Source of the DNA: Mobula hypostoma
Taxonomy: Eukaryota
NCBI RefSeq assembly: GCF_963921235.1
Contig: NC_086108.1
Location: 96,722,001 to 96,786,000 of the forward strand
Reading direction: 5' to 3'
Length of the DNA stretch: 64,000 nucleotides
In this document: one piece after another, positions 38,701 to 50,724 of the stretch
Position numbering within the stretch: position 1 is the stretch's first letter
Layout of the letters: each line of letters begins with the position of its first letter
Made by a program: the position numbers and the translations under genes
The notes under the pieces: model-generated
What the model was told of the DNA's origin: nothing
Databases searched by the model: none
What the model saw: the letters and a program-made list of their open reading frames with translations, nothing else

Positions 38701-41146
38701 TTATGAAAAATTCCACAATGTAAAATCTGTACCGAAGATTAAAGAACAATCCTTTTGTGCATGGTCTGTGCCTTGCAGTCTCCTCCCTTCCACAGTTTTA
38801 CATCCCATAAATATATTGAGGCAATTCCGTCCTTTTGCATTGTCTTGTTCTTCTGATAGTTCTGCCTTTGGCCACAAATTTCCACCATGGTAGAAATTTA
38901 TCATTGGTCCCTGGTTCCAAAGTTTCTTACAGTACTATTTGTCACCCTTTGAACTTTTGTCATGACAGTGGATTTTGACCTATTTGAAGTCTTATACCCA
39001 TTTGTCATTAACAAACTCATTAACATGTGATTCTGCAGATGCTGGAAATCCCGAGGCAACTCACATAAAGTACTGGAGGAACTTAGCCGGTCAGGCAATA
39101 TCTTCTGCTTCTCCTTTGGCATACCTTCACATATCTGTTTGACTACAGTATGATCACACATCTGATATCTCCTTTGTTTGCACAGTGTCTTTAGTTAGTG
39201 GCCTCCGTGGAGCATATTGGAACATATTTCTAAAAAGCTCTTCTAAAGAATTTTTTTCTAAATGTTAGTCTTTTCCAAATAGATGTAAATTGTTGTTAAT
39301 TTTATATGAGAAAGTCAATGAATTATTTCATTTAAATATATATTGGACTTAATGTTTAATCTGCTCCATAAATATTGTTAATTTCAGCATCAACCATATT
39401 TTCTGAGAAATTGAACAAGGCTTTTTATAAACACAGCACTTTGCCATTGAACTTCTTAAAATTATTTAGTTTTGTTGTTAGTGACATTTTCCAACCATTG
39501 CTGTCAATCTATTAGACTTTCTCCTCTGTCAGAAATGGGGAAATCTCCTTTTTAGCTTACAAAATAAGCACAGAAGAATTTTTCAACAATGAATCAACTG
39601 AACTAATCAAACCAACAATTTACAGTGTCATAGGCTTGGACTATGTTTAATTCTTCTAGAAATCAAGCAGTTGCTATATATTAATATTCCAATGCAGAAT
39701 GAATGATGGAACTAAAGACATAATGTGTGTTAGATATATTCAGAACTAAAGGTATATTTTGTGTTGGATATATTCAGATACATGTTTCATGGAAAATGGA
39801 CGACCATGTGGGAGGGTAGGGTTAGATTGATCTTGGAGTAGGTTAAAAGGATAAAAACTTCTGTTTTTAAAATTGTGCTGTGACTCTAAAAGAGCTGTAG
39901 CTGAAATTCCTCCCAAGCATGTTGTAGTTGAACTCAATCACTACATCTCATTTACTGTTGACTTTTATTATATCTGCATCTCTCAATTAATATGAATTAT
40001 GATGAAGACCAGCTCATAAACACATATTTGGTGCTCTTAGTTGAGAAGAGGTCATGTTGTGTTATATAAAATAATGATATTGATCTACTGTACATATATT
40101 TGTAGAGTAGGATTAATTGAGGTACCCTTGTGTGGAGATATGCTCAAAACAAGCATGACAGGAGAATCAGGTCTGCCATTCTGGATCTTTGTTGTTACTC
40201 CTGTGTCCTTTGGTGGGGTTCCATACTGGAATTACTAAATTTACTCTATAAAATTAACATAAGCATCTTATTATAGAGTGGTCAAACTTTAGTTGATTCT
40301 CATAGTTCTCTGAGTTTCCTTTGAACAATAGGATATCCTGTTGGTAATGACATCAGATTTAGCTTTAACTGGCACGTCTTTCCTGTGTACCATCACATAT
40401 GTGAGATCCAATCATTTAAGCAGTATTCCTTGTATACATTGTACACTGCATTGTGAATATTGCTACTGAAGAGGGAAGATGATTCAAGAAGAAGCAAATT
40501 TGAAGGCCTTCTGTTTGCCTTGAAGGTGAATGAACACTAATTAACAATGGGTAGGGTCCAATGTTGCCACTTATAATAGGAGAGCAATGCACTTCAGAGA
40601 AATTTGAAAAAGGAGAAACACTACTTTGTATATAAAGTTAAAAGTATGTTCCCCTATTTAGATCAGTGAAGCAACTTCCTCAGAAGACCACAGGAGGTAA
40701 TATTTAGGAGGAGGAAGAAACAGGAAAGACTCGGGGCATGCCAGTGCTTTCAAAGTTCAAAGTAAATTTATTATCGAAGTATCTATACCATACACAACCA
40801 TGAGATTCATTTTCTTCCAAGTACCCCAGGAAAACAAAGAGATAAAATATAATCCATGAAAGCCCACGCAAACAAAAGCAAACAAATATCCAATATACAA
40901 AAGAAGACAAATTGTGCAAATAAGTCAGTTCAGCACCGAGGCAAGAGATGCTGGTCCAGGAGCCTGATGGCTGCAGAGCAACAAATGATCTTGAAACTGC
41001 TGGTGGCGTTGTACCCTAGACTTCTGCACCTCCCAATCAACGGTAATAGCCAGAAGAGAGGGTAACAGATCAATAGCAGGCAGGCAGATGGGACGAGTTC
41101 AGGCGGGGAATTTTGGCTGGCACAAAGTAGTGGTGCTGAACCCACT

Positions 41147-41345
41147 ACTTTGCAGCCACTGAAGTATTTTTGAAGTGAACTGCAATGTAGGAAACAATAT
41201 ATTACAAAGCAGCATGCTCCTAAAAACAGAAATGTGATAATAGCTGGATAATATGTGTTTAGTGATGTCGATAGAAAGGCTGGGATACTGGAAAGTATTC
41301 TCCTTTTGAACACTATTATTAGATTTTGTTTGTCCACTTTAACAA
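41147..41345 (-). mobile_element. DeuSINE (SacSINE1/AmnSINE1-like) remnant
   Basis: gaagtattttgaagtg...aatgtaggaaac...aacagaaatgtgataat...gataat...tttagtgatgt resembles the Deu-domain SINE as I recall it. Confidence 0.6.
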
Positions 41346-41819
41346 GCTTGATTCAGATACAAGGGTGCTACAAACTGAGTTACAAAGAGCCATTCAAACT
41401 TGTGCAGATGCCATTAATAAAATGAAAGCCATTCAAACACAACAGTGCAAGAGTGTGAAATCTTTGCTCCCTTAAAGTTTATCAAAACATTGGATCCATT
41501 ATTTGCAAATACAAAATACTATGGATGCTGGAAATACGAAATTAAAACTGAAAATGTTAGAAGTGTATTCATTCCAAATTCCTTTGATAATTCTAGATAA
41601 TCAATCCACATAACTTAAGCCTTTACCATTATCATTTAAATTTTTCTGTTTGTTACTGTCTTTTCCTTTTCTTTCTTGCTCTCCTCCATCTATATCTTGA
41701 AAGGTGTTTATAAAGCTATTTGTTTCTTTCTGATGCTGCAAATTTACTCAGTATTTTCAGAATCAAGAGTATTTCGCTTCTTAAAAAACGTTTCTCTGGG
41801 TCTATAAAAATTCCTTTTA

Positions 41820-42325
41820 AGTATGTACTTTAATCCTGACAAACTTCAACTCATTCAGAATGTTGTTGCCCTTTTGACTAAAACCCAGATGAAAGAATAC
41901 ATCATTTCCATCCAAACTACTCTGCTTTGGCTTCCTGTAGGATTCTTTTAGAATTGATTCTAAAGTTATCTTCCTTGTTTTTAAAGCTCTCAATGGTCTG
42001 GGACTGGAGTATATCACACAATCGCTTTTGTTTTTATCATCCTGCTCAAGCTCTTCGATCTTCTACTGGTCTGTAAATTTTAAACAATCCTCTTCAAAAG
42101 AAAATTGGCAGGTTAGCTTTATTAACTATGCTCCTAAATTGTGGAACTCAATAGCTAAACTGTAAGGGACGTAAAACTCAGTTCACACTTTTAAATAATA
42201 GCTCAAAAGCTACTTATTTAACTGCTTTTAATTAACTTAATTTTGTCTGCTATTTTCATGCTTGCATCTAATCTCATAGGAAAGCACTTTGAATTACATC
42301 ATTTGAGAAAAGTGCTGTAGAACTT
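41820..42325 (+). mobile_element. L2 LINE 3' fragment
   Basis: KLQLIQN...WLPV..RIDSKVIFLVFKALNGLG; gctcctaaattgtggaactc; gaaagcacttt...aagtgct 3' stem-loop. Confidence 0.75.
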
Positions 42326-42409
42326 TATAACAATCTCTCCATGGCAAGTAACATACATCAAAGTTGCTGGTGAACGCAGCAGGCCAAGCAGCATCTATAG
42401 GAAGAGGCG

Positions 42410-42447
42410 CAGTCGACGTTTCAGGCCGAGACCCTTCGTCAGGACTA
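42410..42447 (-). ncRNA. Minimal type I hammerhead ribozyme motif
   Basis: Minus strand AGUC-CUGACGA-AGG(gucucgg)CCU-GAAA-CGUC^GACU. Confidence 0.85.
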
Positions 42448-42744
42448 ACTGAAGGAAGAGTGAGTAAGGGATTTGAAAGCTGGAGGGGGAGGGGGAGATG
42501 AAAAATGATAGGAGAAGACAGGAGGAGGAGGGATAGAGCCGAGAGCTGGACAGGTGATAGGCAAAAGGGGATACGAGAGGATCATGGGACAGGAGGTCCG
42601 GGAAGAAAGACGGGGGGGGGGGGAGTGACCCAGAGGATGGGCAAGAGGTATATTCAGAGGGACAGAGGGAGAAAAAGGAGAGTGAGAGAAAGAATGTGTG
42701 CATAAAAATGAGTAACAGATGGGGTACGAGGGGGAGGTGGGGCC

Positions 42745-43422
42745 TTAGCGGAAGTTAGAGAAGTCAATGTTCATGCCATCAGGTTGGAGGCTACCCAGAC
42801 GGAATATAAGGTGTTGTTCCTCCAACCTGAGTGTGGCTTCATCTCTACAGTATAGGAGGCCGTGGATAGACATGTCAGAATGGGAATGGGATGTGGAATT
42901 AAAATGTGTGGCCACTGGGAGATCCTGCTTTCTCTGGCGGACAGAGCGTAGATGTTCAGCAAAGCGGTCTCCCAGTCTGTGTCGGGTCTCACCAATATAT
43001 AAAAGGCCACATCGGGAGCACCGGACGCAGTATATCAACCCAGTCGACTCACAGGTGAAGTGATGCCTCACCTGGAAGGACTGTTTGGGGCCCTGAATGG
43101 TGGTAAGGGAGGAAGTGTAAGGGCATGTGTAGCACTTGTTCCGCTTACACGGATAAGTACCAGGAGGGAGATCAGTGGGGAGGGATGGGGGGGACGAATG
43201 GACAAGGGAGTTGTGCAGGGAGCGATCCCTGCGGAATGCAGAGAGGGGGGGGGAGGGAAAGATGTGCTTAGTGGTGGGATCCCGTTGGAGGTGGCGGAAG
43301 TTACGGAGAATAATATGTTGGACCCGGAGGCTGGTGGGGTGGTAGGTGAGGACCAGGGGAACCCTATTCCTAGTGGGGTGGTGGGAGGATGGAGTGAGAG
43401 CAGATGTACGTGGATTTTGGGG
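42745..43422 (-). pseudogene. 5'-truncated Penelope ORF: Cys-rich linker plus GIY-YIG endonuclease (left arm, frame open)
   Basis: VPLVLTYHP...CKRNKCYTC...GLIYCVRCSRCGLLYIGET...RFAEH...PVATHFN...LEEQHLIFRLGSLQPDGMN. Confidence 0.9.
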
Positions 43423-44086
43423 ACATCTGCTCTCACTCCATCCTCCCACCACCCCACTAGGAATAGGGTTCCCCTGGTCCTCACCTACCACCCCACCAGC
43501 CTCCGGGTCCAACATATTATTCTCCGTAACTTCCGCCACCTCCAACGGGATCCCACCACTAAGCACATCTTTCCCTCCCCCCCCTCTCTCTGCATTCCGC
43601 AGGGATCGCTCCCTGCACAACTCCCTTGTCCATTTGTCCCCCCCATCCCTCCCCACTGATCTCCCTCCTGGCACTTATCCGTGTAAGCGGAACAAGTGCT
43701 ACACATGCCCTTACACTTCCTCCCTTACCACCATTCAGGGCCCCAAACAGTCTTTCCAGGTGAGGCATCACTTCACCTGTGAGTCGACTGGGGTGATATA
43801 CTGCGTCCGGTGCTCCCGATGTGGCCTTTTATATATTGGTGAGACCCGACGCAGACTGGGAGACCGCTTTGCTGAACATCTACGCTCTGTCCGCCAGAGA
43901 AAGCAGGATCTCCCAGTGGCCACACATTTTAATTCCACATCCCATTCCCATTCTGACATGTCTATCCACGGCCTCCTCTACTGTAGAGATGAAGCCACAC
44001 TCAGGTTGGAGGAACAACACCTTATATTCCGTCTGGGTAGCCTCCAACCTGATGGCATGAACATCGACTTCTCTAACTTCCGCTAA
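43423..44086 (+). pseudogene. 5'-truncated Penelope GIY-YIG ORF (right arm, frameshift in the C-run near 43580)
   Basis: Same protein split between ORFs 43060..43659 and 43346..44086. Confidence 0.9.
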
Positions 44087-44378
44087 GGCCCCACCTCCCC
44101 CTCGTACCCCATCTGTTACTCATTTTTATGCACACATTCTTTCTCTCACTCTCCTTTTTCTCCCTCTGTCCCTCTGAATATACCTCTTGCCCATCCTCTG
44201 GGTCACCCCTCCCCGTCTTTCTTCCCGGACCTCCTGTCCCATGATCCTCTCGTATCCCCTTTTGCCTATCACCTGTCCAGCTCTCGGCTCTATCCCTCCT
44301 CCTCCTGTCTTCTCCTATCATTCTGCATCTCCCCCTCCCCCTCCAGCTTTCAAATCCCTTACTCACTCTTCCTTTAGT

Positions 44379-44416
44379 TAGTCCTGACGAAGGGTCTCGG
44401 CCTGAAACGTCGACTG
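44379..44416 (+). ncRNA. Minimal type I hammerhead ribozyme motif
   Basis: Stem I AGUC 44380-83 / GACU 44412-15; core CUGACGA 44384-90; stem II AGG/CCU; GAAA 44404-07; predicted cleavage after GUC at 44411. Confidence 0.85.
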
Positions 44417-46749
44417 CGCCTCTTCCTATAGATGCTGCTTGGCCTGCTGCGTTCACCAGCAACTTTGATGTATGTTGCTTGAATTTCCAGCATCTGCAGA
44501 ATTCCTGTTGTCTCCATGGCAAGTGTACCTTTTCCTAGCTGAGTCTAAAATTCCAAACAATATCCATGCACAGTCTCAACAAGGGCTGTAAAATTGTAGT
44601 ATGATAATCCTTGCTTCTGTACTCAAAACTTCTTGCTATGGTAGCCAAATTATCACTTAACCTCTTCACGCTCTAAAAGGAAGAATAGACTTGAGAAACT
44701 AAATGGACTACTTCTATTGCTAGGTTCACTTGTGTCTCCTATTTCACTATTCAGAGCCCCAAATACAGTTCTCATGTTAAAATATGAACCTGATCCTTCC
44801 TTCTGTTCACTCTGTTATCTGAAGCAATACACTATCCTCTGCTCATGGCAACCAATGATGGGTTAATTGATTTTCTGAAACTACTGAAGTATTATTCTGA
44901 GTTTCCACGATCTTTCTAGTTCAAATCTCCAAACCATTCCAAATTTGATTCTTAACCATGTTTAATAAGCCATAAGACATTGGAACCTAATTAGGCCATC
45001 CGGCCCATTGAGTTTGTTCTACCATTCAAATCACTGCTGCTTTATTTTCCATTTCAAACTAATTTCAACCTAATCATTTTTGATTAGGCGTTTTCCTACT
45101 AAATGTTGACTTCAACTGCTTCATATAGTAAATCCTACTTACATTGTCTTAACAGCACATATATTAGTAATAGTTCTGCTGATGTCATTTAAGAATCATT
45201 TTTTACTGCTCTGTATGTCCTATTACTGTGTCCTTTTACCTTGTACAACATATTTTTATTAACCACTCATCTTCCATACTATCAAGTCATTTCATTCATC
45301 AAGAGAAAATGCTTGATAAACTCAGCAGGTCAGGCAGGCCCCATCTGTGGAAAGAGGAAAATTAATGCTTAATACCGGGAACCTTTCACTGGAACTGAGA
45401 AAGAGCTTCCATTTTGATTGTTTGGTTCCTCCATCTTTCACTCCTCGTGCTGGATCGCAATGTTCTTACAGTACTGATGAACAGCGAATGATCTAAAATG
45501 TTAAAGTTTTCTTTTTCTAAAGATGCTACACAAGTATTTTCAGCCTTTTCTGTTTTAGATTCAGATTTCATGCATCCACAGTATTTTGCTTTTGCCTTGC
45601 CGTCTCCTGTTGCCTTCACATGAAACCCATCTCTGATAGCCTAGCCTTTCCCTTGCTCCTACCTAAAAGCTTCATTGCATGCCTAACTTTACCTAACTTT
45701 ACACAAAGGAAACCTCACACATTTCCAGAGGTTTAAGACTGTGCAAGGTGATTAAAAGTGGAATAATATTTTCACTGAGATCACAAGTACAAAAGAGATT
45801 GCTTTCTTCTGTTATGCATTACCCTGGAAATGCACCAAGTCAGCTCTTGCAATTGCATCAAGTGATTGACCAAGAACCTTTACAGATCTATGCTAAAGAA
45901 CTCTTCAGGTTCAAGATCCAGAGAAGTGTTGGAAGTTTCTCAAGTTGGATAGCTTCAAACAAATGGGGGTAGTTTTTTTTTAATTGACGGAATATCTATT
46001 ACTGAGTGGGTTGTGATTGTGTGGATTTCTCCAGCCTAGAGTGGTGTAAATTCTCAGTCACTGAGTTAATTCAACATTGTGGTTGAATGATTTAGGAACA
46101 TTACAGTAATCAAGAGATGATCACGCAGGAAAGTGGACAAAGTAGGTCAGCCACGAGACCAAATATTTGTAAGTCACAAACCCAAGTATTTGGCTCTGTA
46201 CTTAGTAGTCGAGCATGGCCTAATGTTCTTAATGTGATGTGTCCTTGGTATAATCTGCATTCCCAAGAACCTTTCCCTCAAAAACCAACATGTCTATATC
46301 TTTTAAGTAATATAAACATATTTACTGTTGGCATCATTAACTTTTGCTGGTCAAACATGCTAAATAAAGGTGCAACATACTCAGGTAACATCTCTGTTAT
46401 ACTTTGTATCTGCCCTTGTGTCTTGTTTCAGTGGTCCAAAGCAATTTTCACACTCATCTGATTCTTAATAAAAACTAAATATTTATTGCTTTATTACATC
46501 TGGTTCTGATTCTCTTTGCTGTTAACCTTTGGATAAATCTTAGCAAAGGTTTTCTTAATTTAACTTTGGTCATTTTCCATCAGAAACTTAAAACGTCTTT
46601 AATTGGTCAGAGATAAAGATTAGCTTTGTTTGTCACATGTACATCGAAACACTGAAACATACAGGGAAAGGTATTGTTTGCATCAACAACCAACACAGTG
46701 CAAGGAACTCCTGCAGGTGGTTGATACCAACCAACATAGATAGCATGGT

Positions 46750-46910
46750 CACAAATTACAAACCCTAATCCGAACATCCTTGGAATGCAAGAGTAAACCA
46801 GAGCGCCCAGAGGAAATCCACTCAGTCACGTAGAGAACGTATAAACTCCTTACAGACAGCAGCAGGAATTGAACACCGAAAGCTGGCGCTGTAAAACATT
46901 ATGCTGACAT
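46750..46910 (-). mobile_element. V-SINE/HE1-like SINE remnant
   Basis: aaaccagagcgcccagaggaaatccac...gagaacgtataaactccttacagacagc...ggaattgaac. Confidence 0.7.
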
Positions 46911-47619
46911 GCAGCTTAATGAATGTCTGTGAAGTGACCTGTTGAATTATATTGTTTCTATTATATAACATAAATACAATCTATTTATTTTCTGTAAAAC
47001 AAGCAATAGTTTCTTAAGTATCTTGTGTACTATGTGAAATACATAAAGAGCTAAAAAGTAACCATTTGATTTCAGAGAGATAGAGATCAGGTGCCTGAAA
47101 ACATATCAACATTGGTTAATTTGTTGGAATTTAAGCTTCCATAAGTATGATGAAAGATAAAAGTTGTTTGAAGGTAATTAAGCCTACATTGTATATAAGC
47201 AGTTGAATTGTCAATAATTTCTTTTAATATGCTACCTAGCACAAACAGTTGTTCTCCAAATAAAGGCAGAGATTACTACCCCAGTCAATATTTTCTTGTG
47301 TATTACTTCATAATTTATTTACAATAGTTTAATTACAAAATATGCTTGCAGGTTATTTATTATAAATGTGGATGTTACAATTTGTTTTCATATATACTAT
47401 GTATATATGCCATGTATAGAAAAATAATGTAGGATTGCTTTGCTATTGGAGATTTCTCATCTGGATGTTTAATTATTTTCTCCAAATAAAACTAATTTTA
47501 TTTGGCTGGCCTCATTCCCCGAGGGCTATGGCTTCCCAACGTCTCATTAGGGGGTGGGAGTATATTGGGCTGAAAAGCTGGCCCAACAGCCAAGAATTAT
47601 TGCTCTCTTGGAGTGGGGT

Positions 47620-48600
47620 GAAAGAAGCGTCGAGTTTCCTTGGTCTTGACGCGTTTCTCTTTAACACCTGCCTGCTTTTAATGCTGCGGTGAAGTTCACC
47701 CAATGCTGCCAGAAAAAAAAGGGTAGGATCATATGTAATTTCGGATGTATGTTTGCGCGTGGAAAGGGAAGAAGAGCCGTGCCAACGCTTGGCCAGGAAG
47801 CCCATCACCATTTGCGTGGCTACTATCCCTACGGTTGCCGCAGCTGCCACTCCAACCAGCGCAGAGCCACCGAGCTGCAGCTGCCCGGCGAAGAGCTCCA
47901 GTTCCGCCACACCACGCACAGCTGCCGGACAAAGCTTTCGCCTCGGCAGCCGTTGCCACCGGGGGGAGGGGGGGAACCCAAACACCTTACTTGATCTTTT
48001 TTTGGTAGCTTCCTCTCTTCCAAAATAGTTGCGTTACAGAAGACAGCTTGGGCTTGGCTCCGGCCGGGCTATGAGGGGGTGGGGAAAGGGAAGGGGGAGG
48101 GCTCGGGCTTTTCCCAGCGCCATCTCTCCTTCCCTCCCTCCTGCCGCCATCTTCGCACAATAGTAAAGCAAAATGGCGGCGCTGGAATGGATGGAGGACG
48201 AGCGCTGACAATAATAAAACAACATACACAGGCAGCCCGGCCGCTTCGCGCACCTTCCCTCGTGCCAAAGGTACGTGCCCCTTTTCTTCTTTAAGAAGAA
48301 AACAACAAAACTTTCGTGCCGCCGGAACTCAGCGGCTCGCTTGGCGCTCGGGTTTGACGGTGGTTGTTCCGTTTGGATGTTTTTTTTGAATTACATGTTT
48401 CGTGTGCCAGCCTCCCTCCTCCCCCCCTCCCCTCCGCCTTGCCCAGCTTCTTGGTTGGATTGTGGCGTTTGGGAGCAGCGAACACGGTAGCGTGACATGT
48501 TCATGCTGACACAAGCCTGGCGGCATGGGGCACACACACACACACCGCTTCCATGTCTTTCTTGCCACGCCAACATGACATTCCGGACCAATTCGAGGGG
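47620..48600. promoter_or_regulatory. CpG-island promoter of an unidentified gene, probably bidirectional
   Basis: Sharp rise in GC and CpG in non-repeat DNA; YY1 motifs GCCGCCATCTT (48143-53) and AAAATGGCGGC (48170-80); G-rich Sp1-like tracts; TE-poor flanks (about 46950-50060). Confidence 0.85.
48160..48270 (+). other. Putative first exon (start approximate) ending at donor AAG|GTACGT
   Basis: Good donor at 48270/48271 followed by an intron-like tract; short ORF 48173-48208 MAALEWMEDER*. Confidence 0.55.
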
Positions 48601-50724
48601 TTATTGCCAACCCCCAAAAGGCAAAATAAATAATAAAAAAGTTAGCTTTTAAACCTTTTTGTTTCAAATTTTGAGCCTAAAGGCATTAAATGCTTTCTTT
48701 TCGAGTTGGTTCTGCAACTCCATGCACTCGCACGCAAAGTAAAATCATTCTTTGATTCTGGGCAAAACGGGAGAAACATTGGGAAAATGTTGAAGGAATT
48801 AAAAGGGTTTGTTCTTTGCAGCCTTCTATTCCATCCCCTTCAACTTGGATTGCTAGTCTTGAAATATGTCCCACGTATGCTAATACTAACATTTAATTTG
48901 CTTGTTGTTAGATGTTTTTGTTACCAAAGAATACCATCAAGGCCAATGATATACCTGTACACAGTATTAACCTTTGGATTCCAGTGCATGTTTTTTAAAT
49001 ACTGCAATAGGATAATGACTGTTAGGAGGGTCAGAAAGTAAATTAGATGTAGATAAAATGAAGTATTGCTGCCCAAGTTTGTGTTTTAAATGTTTGCACA
49101 ACTTTTGCAAGCTGTAAATTTTTCAAACATGACTTTTGGGTGCTTTTGATAGGTAACGGTTTATAATTCAATTTTTAAAATGTGAGGTGGTTAAAAGTTC
49201 ACTGCTGTATAACAATGTAAATTTCAAGTTTTAATTGTGATGTTACCTTAGTTTAGATATGCAAAGGTATAGTAGTTCATTGTCTTAGTTTTTAAAAATT
49301 GGTAACATGTCTTTTTTTCCTGCCTGATCTTAAGTACACCCTAGTTAATATTGGGTCTAAAATTATCTCAATTGGGGATTGGTAGTATGAAGTGTACTCT
49401 ATGGCTAAAGAACTGCTTTGAATTGTATCAGTTATTTTTGTGGCCACAAACTATGTCCAGTTTGTACATAGTAGGGTTCCATAAATGGTGCTTGAGTTGC
49501 ATTATTTTATCTTATTGACTGCTGAGGGTGATAGCCATCCTGGCTTTTCTGGATGTACATTATAAAAGCATGTGGTTTTCATGGTTTCATTGTTGTGCTC
49601 TGCATCTTCTTAGATTTAAGTTGAATTTCATTTCACAGTGTAAGACTTCATAGATGTGGGGGAGCTTGTAACATATGGAATGCTTAGCTCTTTCCTTATC
49701 AGTCCGTTTATAGTTGACACAACTGTCATAGTTGCTTTCATATTTCAAATATTTACAATGTTTTTGCGGCCTAGGTGTAATGTTGGCCTTCAAATAAAGG
49801 TGTTGTGAAGATTGGCAGTTTTTGTTGAAGATTTAGCAAATATTTTGTCATTTAAAATTTTGTTTAAAAACTTAATTTTACTGATAGAAGATGGATTATT
49901 TTGATGCACTCAGAAATATCACATGACAGTCACCACTATGTATTTAAACTGATTTGTTAGCATAGTTCAAAACTGTCAATTCGCATCAGTTAACTGACAG
50001 AGAGCAGCAAAGATTTGTTGCACTTTTCATCAAAAGTTTCATCTTTTTTTGATCAGAACAAAACGATTCTTGATTGGTTCAGGACATGAAGGGATACGGG
50101 GGAAGGCAGGAGATTGGGGCTGAAAGGAAAATTGGATCAGCTGTGATGAAATGGCAGAGCAGACTCAATGGGCCAATAGCCTAATTCTGTTGCTATATCC
50201 TATGTTCTTTGGAATTGGTGCATTGTTTATCCAGTCACTTTCTTTTTTTAAAGTTGGGAAGGTTTTTTTGAACGTGATCTATGAATTATTTTTTAAATCA
50301 ATGACATTATAAAACAGTAATTCAAAAATGCTTTTTATATTCAAATTGCTGGAATTTGAGTATAATATTTGAATGTAGTATTTGAAATTTGAATGTTTTA
50401 GAAATTAATTTGGAAAATATTTGGTATATTTTGGCTCTACGTTTAAACAAGCTACTCAGGTGAATAGGAATGGAAATAAGATGGTTCCTTTCCCCTATGG
50501 GATCTATTAATATGTTGGAGAAAAAAGCTGTATACACTCTATTAGCTGTTTCATCCTTACCTTTACTTTACATATAATGTTTTGAATTTCATGGATAATC
50601 AAAATCAAGTTTATTGTCACATCCGTAAATACATGTATGCTGATTTTGGTGTTCTTGAATAAACATTCCAATTTATTGCAAACATGATGAAACTGTACAT
50701 GATAAAGATAATTAGATTTTTCTG

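Larger units (their letters stand above)
42350..44510. mobile_element. Palindromic (head-to-head) Penelope-like insertion, probably Neptune-type
   Basis: Arms 42350-43407 and 43423-44476 are near-perfect reverse complements; 15-nt spacer; 34-nt tail 44477-44510; 14-bp TSD tctccatggcaagt at 42336-42349 and 44511-44524. Confidence 0.95.

Noticed and set aside
42745..44086. Long ORFs (309, 246 and 199 aa) as functional genes
   Set aside because: Their N-termini are antisense read-through across the palindrome centre; there is no RT domain or native start
42350..44510. Palindrome as an assembly fold-back artefact
   Set aside because: The arms differ at several sites, one arm has a frameshift and a unique tail, and a 14-bp TSD flanks the unit; read-level confirmation is still desirable
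47435..48028. Several overlapping ORFs in the CpG island
   Set aside because: Expected from GC-rich, stop-poor sequence; low complexity and no recognisable domain
47620..48600. Assigning a gene symbol to the promoter
   Set aside because: No coding exon in the window that I can identify
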